Shown here: positions 54,792 through 64,000 of the stretch, one piece after another
How positions within the stretch are numbered: the first letter of the stretch is position 1
Layout of the letters: each line of letters starts with the position of its first letter
Assembly: GCA_044222185.1 (NCBI GenBank)
Contig: JBGANV010000002.1
Coordinates: forward strand, 352,001 to 416,000
Source of the DNA: Planctomycetota bacterium
GTDB lineage: Bacteria; Planctomycetota; GCA-002687715; CAIWVZ01
Direction: 5' to 3'
DNA length: 64,000 bases
Position numbers and translations under genes: made by a program
The notes under the pieces: generated by a model
Databases searched by the model: none
What the model saw: only the letters and a program-made list of their open reading frames with translations
What the model was told of the DNA's origin: nothing

Positions 54792-57700
54792 ATGCGAAGT
54801 ATGACGACCGCCGCCTGGTGTGTCGTTCTTGCGACGGCGTTGCCGCTGTTCGCACAGAACAAGGACGATGGACGCACGATCGGACACTGGGGCGACCACC
54901 TGGGTCCCCAGGCACCGGATCGCCCTGCCATCGGACTCGATTGGGAGGCGCAACGCTCCATCGCAGCGAACCACGCTCGATGGACGGAATGGGCAGCGAA
55001 CAACCCGGGATGGGTCATGCTCTTCGACCCGCGCACGCGCATGCCGTGGCGCGGCTACGGCCCCGGAATCCAGGTCACCGCATCGAACCCCTCTCACGCC
55101 GACGTCGTCGCCGCTGCTCTTCAGTTGCGCGAGACGCTCTCACCCGTGATCGGCGTCGAGGCTTCGGATCAACTCTTCGTGACGGCGCAGCGCGCTGGCC
55201 ACGTGTGGTACGTCGACTTCAACCAGACGATCACGGGGCACCGCGTCGTCGACGCCGGCCTGACGCTGCGCATCGACGAGTCGGGCAAGCTGATGATGTG
55301 GGGCGGTCGCTTCGTCCCGACGGCTTCAGTCGCGCTCCGCGAGACGTTCACGCGTGATGAAGCGCGCGCGAAGACCCTCACGTTCCTTTGGGGGCAAGGC
55401 TATGCGACATCGTCGACGCAGCTGCGCGAGCAGCGGACGGAACTCGTCGTCCACGTCTCCGAGACGACGGCGGACGTGACCCCGCGCCTCGCGTGGTTCA
55501 TGCAGTTCTCGTCGGACGCACCGGCCGCGGCGTGGAACGTCTTCATCGACGCGACGACCGGGGAGGTGATCACCCACTGGAACGACGTGCGCGAGTTCGG
55601 CCACGACGGGCCCGCCGGCCCGGCGACTCCGTTCGAGGCACTGTTCGCCCTGGCAACGCTGAACGGCGTGTCGAACGGAACGGTGCACGACGGCGTTCTT
55701 CCGGACCAGGCACCGGTGCTGCGCAACCTGCCCAACATGTACATCAACATCAACGGCACGAACGTCCCGACGGATGCGGCGGGCGCGTACACCTTCAATG
55801 GTGGCGGCGCCACCGTGCCCGTGACGTCAGGCCTCGATGGTCAGTACATCACCACGGTGAACACGGGCACGCAGGCCGCGTTCAACGGCAACGCAGCGTC
55901 CGGAACGTTCGACGTGGTCTGGACGGACACGAACTCGAACGTCGCGGAGCGCGACGGCTTCTTCTTCGGCACACGCGCGCGGAACGTCCTGAAGCTGCGC
56001 AACCCTGCGGAGACGCTCTTCAACAACGCGATCGTCTGCAACGTCAACCTGAATCAGACGTGCAACGCCTTCTATCAGCCCTCGAATCAGACGATCAACT
56101 TCTTCCTCGCTGGCGGCGGCTGCATCAACACGGCGTACTCCGGGTCGGTCGTCTACCACGAGTACGGGCACCACGTCACGACGATCGTCTACGGCTCCCA
56201 CAGTCGCTCGATCCCGGGATACATGGGTGAAGGCCTCTCGGACTGCCAGGCGGCCGCGGTGGAAGACACCAACATCATCGGCGCGGGCTTCCAGGGGCCG
56301 GGCACGATGGTCCGCAACCTGAACAACACGTGCCAGTATCCGACGTCATGCGGCACCGAGGTCCACGCCCGTGGCCAGCTGATCGGGGCTTGCTTCTGGC
56401 ACACGCGTGTCCAGTTCGCGAACGCGTTCGGTGCGGCAGGGAAGGTGCAGATCGACGAGTACCTGTATCGGCACTTCCACGGCTCGCCGCAGGATGAAGT
56501 CGAGTCGTGCCTCGACCTCCTCGTCCAAGACGACAACGACGCCAACCTCGTGAACGGAACTCCGAACGTGCTGAAGTTCTACCAGGGCTTCACGGTCCAG
56601 CATGGCGTGCCGTTCCCGATCGCGCTCGTCGCGATCACGCATGATCCGCTGAACGACACGCTCGACCAGCTGCAGAACTATCAGGTTCATGCAACGGCCG
56701 CGTCGCTCGTCGGGTCGAGCGTGACGAGCGTTCAGCTCTTCTACTCGGTGAACAACGCCGCGTTCGTGAGCGTGCCGATGACGTTCGGCGGGGCCGACTA
56801 CGCGGGCTCGATCCCGGTTCAGGCCGCCGCCTCGAGCATCCGCTACTACATCCGCGTGCAGGACTCGGGCGGCTTGATCTCGTTCCTGCCGGCGGGCGCG
56901 CCGGCCGCGGCGTACACGTTCCGCAACTTCCGTTCGGCGACGTTCTTCTCGGATGGTTTCGAGGTGGCGTCCGGCTGGACGCACGCGTTGGTTCTCGGCC
57001 AGGACGACTGGCAGAACCAGGCACCGGGCAGCGCGACCCACGCCTATGACCCGCACACCGCGTTCGAAGGAACGAAGTGCTGGGGCAACGATCTGTCGGC
57101 GGCTGGGTTCAACGGCAACTACGCCAACAACGTGAACAACAACCTCACGTCGCCGGCGATCAACTGCACGGGCCGCGTCGGTGTGACGCTCGTCTATCGC
57201 CGATGGCTGACGGTCGAGGACGGCCTCTTCGATCACGCGCGGATCCTCGTGAGCAACAACGGCACGACGTACACGACGGTCTGGGAGAACCCGGCGACGG
57301 CCGCGGGCAACGTGAACTTCCTCGACACGAGCTGGGTGCTGCACTCGGTCCCGATCGGGGCGATCGCCGACAACCAGGCCAACGTCCGGATCCGCTTCGA
57401 ACTCGTCACCGATGCGGGCCTCGTGTTCGGCGGATGGAACGTCGACGACTTGCGCCTGGAGTCGAGCGCTGGTGCGACCGGCGTCCCGCTGACGCGCCTC
57501 GGCGGTCTGACGCCGGGCAGCAGTGCGACGGTGCGAACCAACGGCAACCCGGGGGAAGCGATCTTCCTGGCAGCGGACGTGGCGACGAGCGGAACGTTCT
57601 ACCCGGGCGTCGGCACGCTCTCGATGAACGTGGCCTCGCCGACGTTCCTGCCCATCTACCTCGGAGGCGTGACGATCGGCGGCGGTGGCTTCGACGACCT

Positions 57701-57818
57701 GACCTTCACGGTCCCGAATGCCAGCGGCATCACGGTCTTCTTCCAGGGCGTTCTGTTCCCGCCGTCCGCGCCCACGGATCCGGTGATCACGAACGTTCTG
57801 CTCTTCCCGATCCAGTGA
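54792..57818 (+). CDS. Secreted M36/M4-type zinc metalloprotease with propeptide and C-terminal beta domains
   Basis: Signal peptide, FTP/PepSY-like propeptide (VFIDATTGEV), CNAFY, HEYGH, GEGLSD and EVHARG. MAM/jelly-roll-like segment ending GWNVDD. Confidence 0.88.
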   Translation: MRSMTTAAWCVVLATALPLFAQNKDDGRTIGHWGDHLGPQAPDRPAIGLDWEAQRSIAANHARWTEWAANNPGWVMLFDPRTRMPWRGYGPGIQVTASNPSHADVVAAALQLRETLSPVIGVEASDQLFVTAQRAGHVWYVDFNQTITGHRVVDAGLTLRIDESGKLMMWGGRFVPTASVALRETFTRDEARAKTLTFLWGQGYATSSTQLREQRTELVVHVSETTADVTPRLAWFMQFSSDAPAAAWNVFIDATTGEVITHWNDVREFGHDGPAGPATPFEALFALATLNGVSNGTVHDGVLPDQAPVLRNLPNMYININGTNVPTDAAGAYTFNGGGATVPVTSGLDGQYITTVNTGTQAAFNGNAASGTFDVVWTDTNSNVAERDGFFFGTRARNVLKLRNPAETLFNNAIVCNVNLNQTCNAFYQPSNQTINFFLAGGGCINTAYSGSVVYHEYGHHVTTIVYGSHSRSIPGYMGEGLSDCQAAAVEDTNIIGAGFQGPGTMVRNLNNTCQYPTSCGTEVHARGQLIGACFWHTRVQFANAFGAAGKVQIDEYLYRHFHGSPQDEVESCLDLLVQDDNDANLVNGTPNVLKFYQGFTVQHGVPFPIALVAITHDPLNDTLDQLQNYQVHATAASLVGSSVTSVQLFYSVNNAAFVSVPMTFGGADYAGSIPVQAAASSIRYYIRVQDSGGLISFLPAGAPAAAYTFRNFRSATFFSDGFEVASGWTHALVLGQDDWQNQAPGSATHAYDPHTAFEGTKCWGNDLSAAGFNGNYANNVNNNLTSPAINCTGRVGVTLVYRRWLTVEDGLFDHARILVSNNGTTYTTVWENPATAAGNVNFLDTSWVLHSVPIGAIADNQANVRIRFELVTDAGLVFGGWNVDDLRLESSAGATGVPLTRLGGLTPGSSATVRTNGNPGEAIFLAADVATSGTFYPGVGTLSMNVASPTFLPIYLGGVTIGGGGFDDLTFTVPNASGITVFFQGVLFPPSAPTDPVITNVLLFPIQ

Positions 57819-57914
57819 TCTGAAGACTCATGGTTCCGGCCGCGCGACATGCGCGGCCGGATACCGGTTTGCCGCCAGTACGCTCTGCGCGCATCGCGTG
57901 TCACACTGGCGTCC

Positions 57915-60188
57915 ATGAGTTCAGACGTCGACGTGCCGCCACGAAACCCGCGCCGCCGAACGGTCGCGCTCGTGGTGGCCTGCACGACGCTCGTTCACGC
58001 CTGGATCCTCGGGCTCGAGTTCCAGCTCGACGACTACTCGATCCTCACGCACGCCGCCCAGGCGCTCGGCGTTCCGGGAGTCCCGCAAGTCGACGTACTG
58101 GATTCCATCCGCGGCGGCTACCTCTTTCGCCCCGCGTCCTGGGCTATCTGGTTGGCTGCATTGCGTGCGAGCGGTGGGCATGCCGATCCGCGCGTGTTCC
58201 ACGCCGTGGTGCTCGTCACCCACGCACTCTCGGTCTGGCTGCTCTACCGGCTGATGAAACCTGCGACGTCCGGCCGAGCCGCGCTGGTGGGCGGCGCGAT
58301 CTTCGGGCTCGCGCCAGGCGGCGTCCAGGCCTTGAGTTGGACAGCCGGGAACGGGGATCAGTTCGCCGTGCTCTTTGCCATCGCCGCCGGACTGTTCCTG
58401 CGCCGGTACCGGCGGCAGGGCGGCGCGATTGCGATCACTGGCATCGCGGTGTGCACCATGCTCGCCGTGCTCGCCAAGGAGAGCGCCATCGCGCTCGCAC
58501 CCCTCGTCCTCTTGTGTTGGTGGACGGATCGCACACCCGTGCCAGCCTCACGACTCGTGAAGCCAGTCGTCGCCGCAACGGTTGCCGTCGTTCTGACGTT
58601 CGTCATCCGGTTTGCAGCGATGCACAGACTGCTCCCGCGGTACGCGTTCGACGCGCAGATGGACGCATCGCGCGTCGCGATCGCGTGGATACCGTTCGCG
58701 CAGTGGCTGCTCCCATGGAATCAGCACCCCGAGACCGCGGAGCTGGCGCCGGTGTTGATGCGCATCGCGGAGAGGCTCTTGGGGAGTGATGCATGGACGG
58801 TGTCGCTCTGGATCCCGGGAGTCTGCCTCACCACACCGATCGTGCTTGCGTGTGCGTTCGCGAGAAAGCGACTGCCGGCCGCGATGCTCGCGCTCGTCAT
58901 CGGAGTGGTGATTGCGTTGCTCCCGGCGATCGCCATCTGGTGGCAGGGCCCCAGCGCCGACAACTCGCAATCGCGCCTGCTGTATCCGATCGGGACCGTC
59001 GCGGGAGTGGCGTTGGCGATGGCGTACCACGCACTTTCGACGCACCCGCGGTCGCACCACATCGCCACGATTGCGACCGTGCTGCTGATCGCGATCGGGC
59101 TCGACTGCGAAGTGTCGATCGCGCGAGCGGAACTGCGGGCGGCGACCATGATTCGGGATCGCGTCGACTCGCTCCGCTCCTTCGCGGCGCAAACGGCGCC
59201 CGATGCGGGCTTCGTCGCGGTCGACGGGCAGGCCGGTTGGTGTGGGATCTCGCTGCTCGGTGTCGGAGCCGGGCGCGGCCTCGGCCCGCCGTTCTGGCAT
59301 GGAACCCAGGCCGTCTACCCCTGGAGCTCCAGGTCCGACCTGAAGTCCTGCGAGGCGCTGTCGACGCACCCCGGTCCCGTGTGGATCCTCGAAGTGCGAA
59401 GCGGTCGGTTCACGCGGGTTGGGGAGGCGATCGACGCTGGTCCGTCTCGCAGACCCGTTCTCCAGCCCGCTGGGCCAGGTCGTTTCACATCGGACCCGCC
59501 AGTCACATCGCGTGTCGTTGCCGTCCTCCGCGTCACGGGCCGCCCGCGCGATCCGGCGTCCCCGCTGGTTTGCACCTGGAAGACCGAGCGTCGCGAATTC
59601 CGCACGCCGCTCTCACTCGCGCTGGACGGCGATGACACGGTGTACATCGCCGCGTCCCCGGAGAATGCCGACCCGGGCGACCTCACCTGGCTCATGGCTG
59701 GCCGTGTGATCGGAATCGACATCTCGAATTTCGAGACCGACGGACCGCCGCGTCTCCTGGAAGCTGCGCCGCCGATCGAGATCGTGTCGCCCCGGCCCGG
59801 CTCCCAGGTGGAGGCCTGGTCGACCCCGACGGTCCATTTTCGGTCCGCATTGCGAACGGCGCTGTTCCGGTTCACGTTCACGGTGCTCCTCGACGAGGCG
59901 ACGAAGGTTTCCATGGCCTACCTGGTGCCGAGCCAGGATCTGCCACCTGATCCCGGCGGCGTGATGCGGTTTTCCCCGGCCCCGGGAATGAAGATGGAGT
60001 GGCCGGACGGCGCCTCTCACGTCAGCTGGCAGGACGCCGGCCGGCTTTTCGACGTGATGTTCGAACGTCACGGAATGCATGAGGTGAAGATGTCTTTGTC
60101 GATCGAGGGACAAGGCTCCGAAGGAGCGAATACACTGTGCCGATCGAAGCCGTGCAACCTGACGCTCGTTCGGGGGCGAGGGCCGTGA
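57915..60188 (+). CDS. Multi-pass membrane protein, GT-C / PMT-like glycosyltransferase
   Basis: QLDDY loop after TM1, FRP, AKESAI and SRLLYP; ~11 TMs plus a periplasmic C-terminal domain. Confidence 0.65.
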   Translation: MSSDVDVPPRNPRRRTVALVVACTTLVHAWILGLEFQLDDYSILTHAAQALGVPGVPQVDVLDSIRGGYLFRPASWAIWLAALRASGGHADPRVFHAVVLVTHALSVWLLYRLMKPATSGRAALVGGAIFGLAPGGVQALSWTAGNGDQFAVLFAIAAGLFLRRYRRQGGAIAITGIAVCTMLAVLAKESAIALAPLVLLCWWTDRTPVPASRLVKPVVAATVAVVLTFVIRFAAMHRLLPRYAFDAQMDASRVAIAWIPFAQWLLPWNQHPETAELAPVLMRIAERLLGSDAWTVSLWIPGVCLTTPIVLACAFARKRLPAAMLALVIGVVIALLPAIAIWWQGPSADNSQSRLLYPIGTVAGVALAMAYHALSTHPRSHHIATIATVLLIAIGLDCEVSIARAELRAATMIRDRVDSLRSFAAQTAPDAGFVAVDGQAGWCGISLLGVGAGRGLGPPFWHGTQAVYPWSSRSDLKSCEALSTHPGPVWILEVRSGRFTRVGEAIDAGPSRRPVLQPAGPGRFTSDPPVTSRVVAVLRVTGRPRDPASPLVCTWKTERREFRTPLSLALDGDDTVYIAASPENADPGDLTWLMAGRVIGIDISNFETDGPPRLLEAAPPIEIVSPRPGSQVEAWSTPTVHFRSALRTALFRFTFTVLLDEATKVSMAYLVPSQDLPPDPGGVMRFSPAPGMKMEWPDGASHVSWQDAGRLFDVMFERHGMHEVKMSLSIEGQGSEGANTLCRSKPCNLTLVRGRGP

Positions 60189-60237
60189 CCGCCACGGCCC
60201 GCGCACGCTCGGAAGTCGTCAGACGCGTGGACGCTGC

Positions 60238-61194
60238 ATGACCAACCCAGAGTTGCTCTCCGAAGCCCTCCAGCATCTCGAGGCCGCCGTCCGGCTGTCG
60301 CCAGATCATCCTCGCTATCGTCGGACGCTCGGGGAGGCCTATCTCGCCGCCGGTGACCCGGCGGGCGCCGCTCGCCAGCTGCGCCTGTCCCTCGACCAGG
60401 ACGCAGACCCCCGCGCCCGATATCAGCTCGCCCTCGCGAACCTCCAGCTGGGCCGGCTCGAGGACGTGGAGAAGGTGGTTCAGGAAGCCCTGGATCGGGG
60501 CGAAGAGGTCCCGCGGGCTCGGTACGTGCGCGCGCTGGCGCGCTTTCGACGCCACGACTACGACGGCGCCGTGGTCGACGTGCAGAGCACCTTGGATTGG
60601 ACCTCGAACGAGGCGTTCTATGCGCTCGAAGCCGCGCGCATCCTCGTCGCGATCGCGCCCACGCGTCCGCGAGACCGCCGCGCCGAGCTGGTTGCGCTGG
60701 CCTACGCGACTCTCGTCGACCTCCAGGTCGACGCGGAGACGGCCGACGAGCGGCTCTACCTCCTCGCGTGCTGCGAGCTCGAACGCGGTGAGGCGGCCGC
60801 CGCATTGGACACGATCCGACGGACGATCCATCCGGACCCTGCCGAGGTCGCGCTGCGTCGCGGGATCGCCCGCGCCCTCCTCGGGGACCGGCCCGCGGCA
60901 CGCTCCGACCTCCACATGGCGAAATCACGCACGGAGCTGTCCGGCGCCGTCGAGCCGTGGCTTGCCGCTCTCGATGGCGAGCAGGGGACCTGGCCGCCGA
61001 TTCCGCCGGCGTCAGTCCGCGTGGCGGGACTTGCACCACGAACGACGCGATCGCTGCTTCCATTCGTGTTGCGCAGTCCCTTCCGAGGTGACAGACCTCT
61101 GCCAAGGTCGCGAGAGGAGTACATCCTTCCGATCGAAGTGCAGGACGTGGACGCGGCGGAGTTCGAGATCGACGACACGGGAGACCCCACATGA
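60238..61194 (+). CDS. Tetratricopeptide repeat protein
   Basis: Repeated LG.AY…G…A and YQLA…LG TPR patterns. Confidence 0.8.
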   Translation: MTNPELLSEALQHLEAAVRLSPDHPRYRRTLGEAYLAAGDPAGAARQLRLSLDQDADPRARYQLALANLQLGRLEDVEKVVQEALDRGEEVPRARYVRALARFRRHDYDGAVVDVQSTLDWTSNEAFYALEAARILVAIAPTRPRDRRAELVALAYATLVDLQVDAETADERLYLLACCELERGEAAAALDTIRRTIHPDPAEVALRRGIARALLGDRPAARSDLHMAKSRTELSGAVEPWLAALDGEQGTWPPIPPASVRVAGLAPRTTRSLLPFVLRSPFRGDRPLPRSREEYILPIEVQDVDAAEFEIDDTGDPT

Positions 61195-61970
61195 CGTCTC
61201 CTGATGCGGTGTTCGATGCCATCGGCGAGAAGGTGGATGCTGCGCGCCGGCTGCTGGATGACGGCAAGCCGGACAAGGCCGTCAAGCCGCTCGAGCAGGC
61301 GCTTCGGATGATCGAGGATCCCAGCGCCCACGACGGCATCTCCGTGGAGCGGAAGGACGAGGTCGCATCGCTGCTGTTGACGGCACTGGCCAAATGCGGT
61401 CGCTCCGAATCCCGCGTCGAGGCGGCGGTGCGCTGTTATCGGGCCGGAGCGCGGTCGCGCACGGCGATCACGGTCGTGGCCGCCCACCGGGCCCTGGACG
61501 AGAAGCGCACCGACCCGGAGGCGCTCGAGAGCTACCTCGATGCGATCGAGCTTCGTGTCGAGGTGGACGCGACCTTGCGTGAGCGGTTGCTCCAGATCTT
61601 GGCGCACGCGCTGCACGTCGATCTGGACACGCCCGAGGCATCGGTCCGGGCCATCCTGCCTTCACTCGAACGTCTGCGGCGGCTGCGCCCGACGATGAGC
61701 TTCCCGCGGTTCTATCTGGGACGGTGGCATTATCGGCAGCGGGAGTGGGCGGCCGCCGTCGCCGAGTTCACGGGCATCACGGGGCACCTGAGCCAGAGTC
61801 CGAAGCTCCTGAATCTCCTGGGCCGTGCCCAGGAGAAGCTGGGACGCCTCGCGGACGCCTCCGCGACGTACGCGCAGTCGCTCACGGCTGACGGGACGCA
61901 AGCCGGCGTGCATTTCCGCCGCGGTCGAGTGCTCCTCGCGCTGTTCCGCGCGCAGGTTCTCGAGTCCTGA
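61191..61970 (+). CDS. Tetratricopeptide repeat protein
   Basis: FYLGRWHY, LLGRAQEKLG and HFRRGRVL; ATGA overlap with the upstream gene. Confidence 0.8.
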   Translation: MTSPDAVFDAIGEKVDAARRLLDDGKPDKAVKPLEQALRMIEDPSAHDGISVERKDEVASLLLTALAKCGRSESRVEAAVRCYRAGARSRTAITVVAAHRALDEKRTDPEALESYLDAIELRVEVDATLRERLLQILAHALHVDLDTPEASVRAILPSLERLRRLRPTMSFPRFYLGRWHYRQREWAAAVAEFTGITGHLSQSPKLLNLLGRAQEKLGRLADASATYAQSLTADGTQAGVHFRRGRVLLALFRAQVLES

Positions 61971-62012
61971 CGGGGGCGGACCGCGGCGGGATCGTTGCGT
62001 AGAATCGCCGCC

Positions 62013-63158
62013 ATGCGATTCGAAACGAAAGCGATCCACGTGGGGCAGGACCCCGAGCGCACGACCGGAGCGGTCGTCGTCCCGATCTTCCAGACCTCGA
62101 CCTACGCTCAGGAGGACGCCGGCGTCCACAAAGGGCACGAGTACTCGCGCACGAGCAACCCGACGCGGGACGCCTTGCAGGCCTGCCTCGCGTCGCTCGA
62201 GGACGCGAAGTACGGGCTCGCCTTCTCGTCGGGGATGGGTGCCATCTCGACGATCATGACGATGTTCCGCAGCGGCGATCACGTCGTGTGCAGCGACGAC
62301 GTCTACGGCGGGACGTTCCGCGTCTTCGACAAGGTGTTCACGAACTTCGGCGTGAAGTTCACCTACGTGGACACGTCGCGCATCGACGCCGTCCGCGCGG
62401 CGCTCAAGCCCGAGACGCGGATGATCTGGGTGGAATCGCCCACGAACCCGCTCTTGAAGATCACGGACATCCGAGCGGTCGCCGCAGTTGCCAGGCAGGC
62501 CAAGGTGCTGCTCGCCGTCGACAACACGTTCATGAGCCCCGCGCTTCAACTGCCGCTGACGCTCGGTGCCGATCTCGTCGTTCACAGCACCACCAAGTAC
62601 ATCGGCGGCCACAGCGACGTCGTCGGCGGATTCGTCGCCACGAACGACGAGACCCTCTGGACGAAGATCAAGTTCTCGCAGAACGCCGTGGGAGCCGTGC
62701 CTGGTCCCTTCGATTCATGGCTGACGCTGCGTGGGTTGAAGACGCTGGCCATCCGCATCCAGGCGCACGAGAAGAATGCGCGCGCCATCGCCGGCTACCT
62801 CTCGCGCCATCCGAAGATCGCCGAGGTGATCCACCCGAGCCTGGAATCACACCCCGGCCATGCCACCCAGCTGACGCAGGCGAAGGGGTTCGGCGCGATC
62901 ATCTCCCTTCGTGTCAAGGGCGGGCTGGCGGAAGCGCGAGCCTTCTGCCGCGGCACGCGCCTCTTCTTCCTGGCGGAGAGCCTCGGCGGCGTCGAGAGCC
63001 TCATCGAGCACCCGGCGATCATGACGCACGCGTCGGTTCCGGCCGAAAACAGGGCAAAACTCGGGATCACCGACAACCTCGTGCGGCTCTCCGTGGGGAT
63101 CGAGAACACCGACGACCTGATCGAAGATCTCGATCGCGCGCTCGCGACCGTTCCGTGA
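62013..63158 (+). CDS. Cystathionine gamma-lyase/synthase (Cys/Met metabolism PLP enzyme)
   Basis: PIFQTSTY, YSRTSNPTR, ESPTNP, DNTF, HSTTKYIGGHSD and AESLGGVESL. Confidence 0.96.
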   Translation: MRFETKAIHVGQDPERTTGAVVVPIFQTSTYAQEDAGVHKGHEYSRTSNPTRDALQACLASLEDAKYGLAFSSGMGAISTIMTMFRSGDHVVCSDDVYGGTFRVFDKVFTNFGVKFTYVDTSRIDAVRAALKPETRMIWVESPTNPLLKITDIRAVAAVARQAKVLLAVDNTFMSPALQLPLTLGADLVVHSTTKYIGGHSDVVGGFVATNDETLWTKIKFSQNAVGAVPGPFDSWLTLRGLKTLAIRIQAHEKNARAIAGYLSRHPKIAEVIHPSLESHPGHATQLTQAKGFGAIISLRVKGGLAEARAFCRGTRLFFLAESLGGVESLIEHPAIMTHASVPAENRAKLGITDNLVRLSVGIENTDDLIEDLDRALATVP

Positions 63159-63292
63159 GGACGGCCGCGCGGGCTTGACAGACTGGCCTCCATCGGGCCT
63201 AATGGGAACCTTCGCCATGGTCCGTCACGGCGAAGCGGGGTTTGCTGTTGCCGCGGCAATCCCCCCGACCCAATGCTGTGGAGCGAGTTTCA

Positions 63293-63682
63293 GTGAACGA
63301 GCTGTTGCAAGCCGATGGTCTCATCCGCCGACTTCGTCGCGGGGCTCCGTTGGAGCTCGAGGTCGAGCGGGTCCGTCTCCCGCGATTCACGGAGATCCGC
63401 GAAGTCGATCAGAAGGAATTTGGGCACAAGGGCAAGGAGCCCATCGTCATCGCACGTTCACGGACGGCGACGTGGGCTTTGTGGCCCATCGCCAAGCGCG
63501 GGACGTTCGAGCTGAAGGACGCCGACCACTTCCTGAAGATCGTCGCGAGCGTTCAGGCGCAGTACGCGGACAAGCCGGTGAAGGGTTACGTGATCACGCT
63601 CGGGCCGGTCGCCACCGAGTCGCGTGAGAAGCTCGCCGCCGGCGGGCACGTCGTCAGCGCGGTGGTGGAAAAGTCGCCCTGA
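63293..63682 (+). CDS. Hypothetical protein (possible inactive restriction-endonuclease-like fold)
   Basis: GTG with GGAG RBS, strong codon bias, TGATG coupling to the next gene. Confidence 0.6.
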   Translation: MNELLQADGLIRRLRRGAPLELEVERVRLPRFTEIREVDQKEFGHKGKEPIVIARSRTATWALWPIAKRGTFELKDADHFLKIVASVQAQYADKPVKGYVITLGPVATESREKLAAGGHVVSAVVEKSP

Positions 63683-64000
63683 TGGCAGCGCGACCATCCA
63701 CGTTGCGCGACCTGCGCAATGCAGGCTGGCGCACGCGAACGGTCAAGGACGAACTTCGCGCGAACGTCGTCGACGCGCTCCAGAGCGGGCGTGAGCTGTT
63801 CCCGGGGATCGTCGGCTACGACGACACGGTGATCCCGGCGATCGTGAACGCGCTCCTCTCGCGACACGACATCCTTCTGCTCGGTCTGCGCGGCCAGGCG
63901 AAGACCCGGATCCTTCGAGCACTCAAGCAGTTCCTCGACCCGGAGATCCCGGTGATCGCCGGCGCTCCGCTCAACGACGACCCGCTCGCACCCGTATCGG
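63682..64000 (+). CDS. Magnesium-chelatase-subunit-I-like AAA+ ATPase, 5' part only
   Basis: MAARPSTLRDL…VKDELRAN…FPGIVGYDDTVIP…LLGLRGQAKTR (Walker A variant)…NDDP. Confidence 0.85.
   Translation, partial: MAARPSTLRDLRNAGWRTRTVKDELRANVVDALQSGRELFPGIVGYDDTVIPAIVNALLSRHDILLLGLRGQAKTRILRALKQFLDPEIPVIAGAPLNDDPLAPVS

Overview
A high-GC bacterial chromosomal segment around the replication origin, most consistent with an uncultured Planctomycetota-like diderm. This is inferred from gene order (dnaA-dnaN-DUF721-gyrB, no recF or gyrA) and the LptD/ScpA/PyrF types; no database search was possible. Housekeeping content: dnaA, dnaN, gyrB, parB with two parS sites, scpA, thyA/folA, kdsD/kdsC-lpt genes, pyrF, hemW, a cysteine desulfurase, cardiolipin synthase, tatA and a trans-sulfuration enzyme. 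No rRNA, tRNA, CRISPR array, transposase or integrase was recognised. Most notable observations: (1) a sigma-70 gene whose conserved region 1.2 can only be translated from a non-canonical start (probably ATC), followed by a ~330-nt run of five long hairpins; (2) a coupled methyltransferase-bshC-bshB-bshA operon, suggesting N-methyl-bacillithiol; (3) a 1002-aa membrane-anchored protein where lptC/lptA normally lie; (4) a peptidase C26 / NamZ (DUF1343) fusion with an internal signal peptide; (5) an HPr domain fused to a large unknown domain; (6) TTCTC-type putative DnaA boxes; (7) a shared C-terminal domain on unrelated secreted enzymes; (8) a perfect 13x12-bp tandem repeat after parB. Start codons were re-assigned by eye where the ORF track start was implausible.
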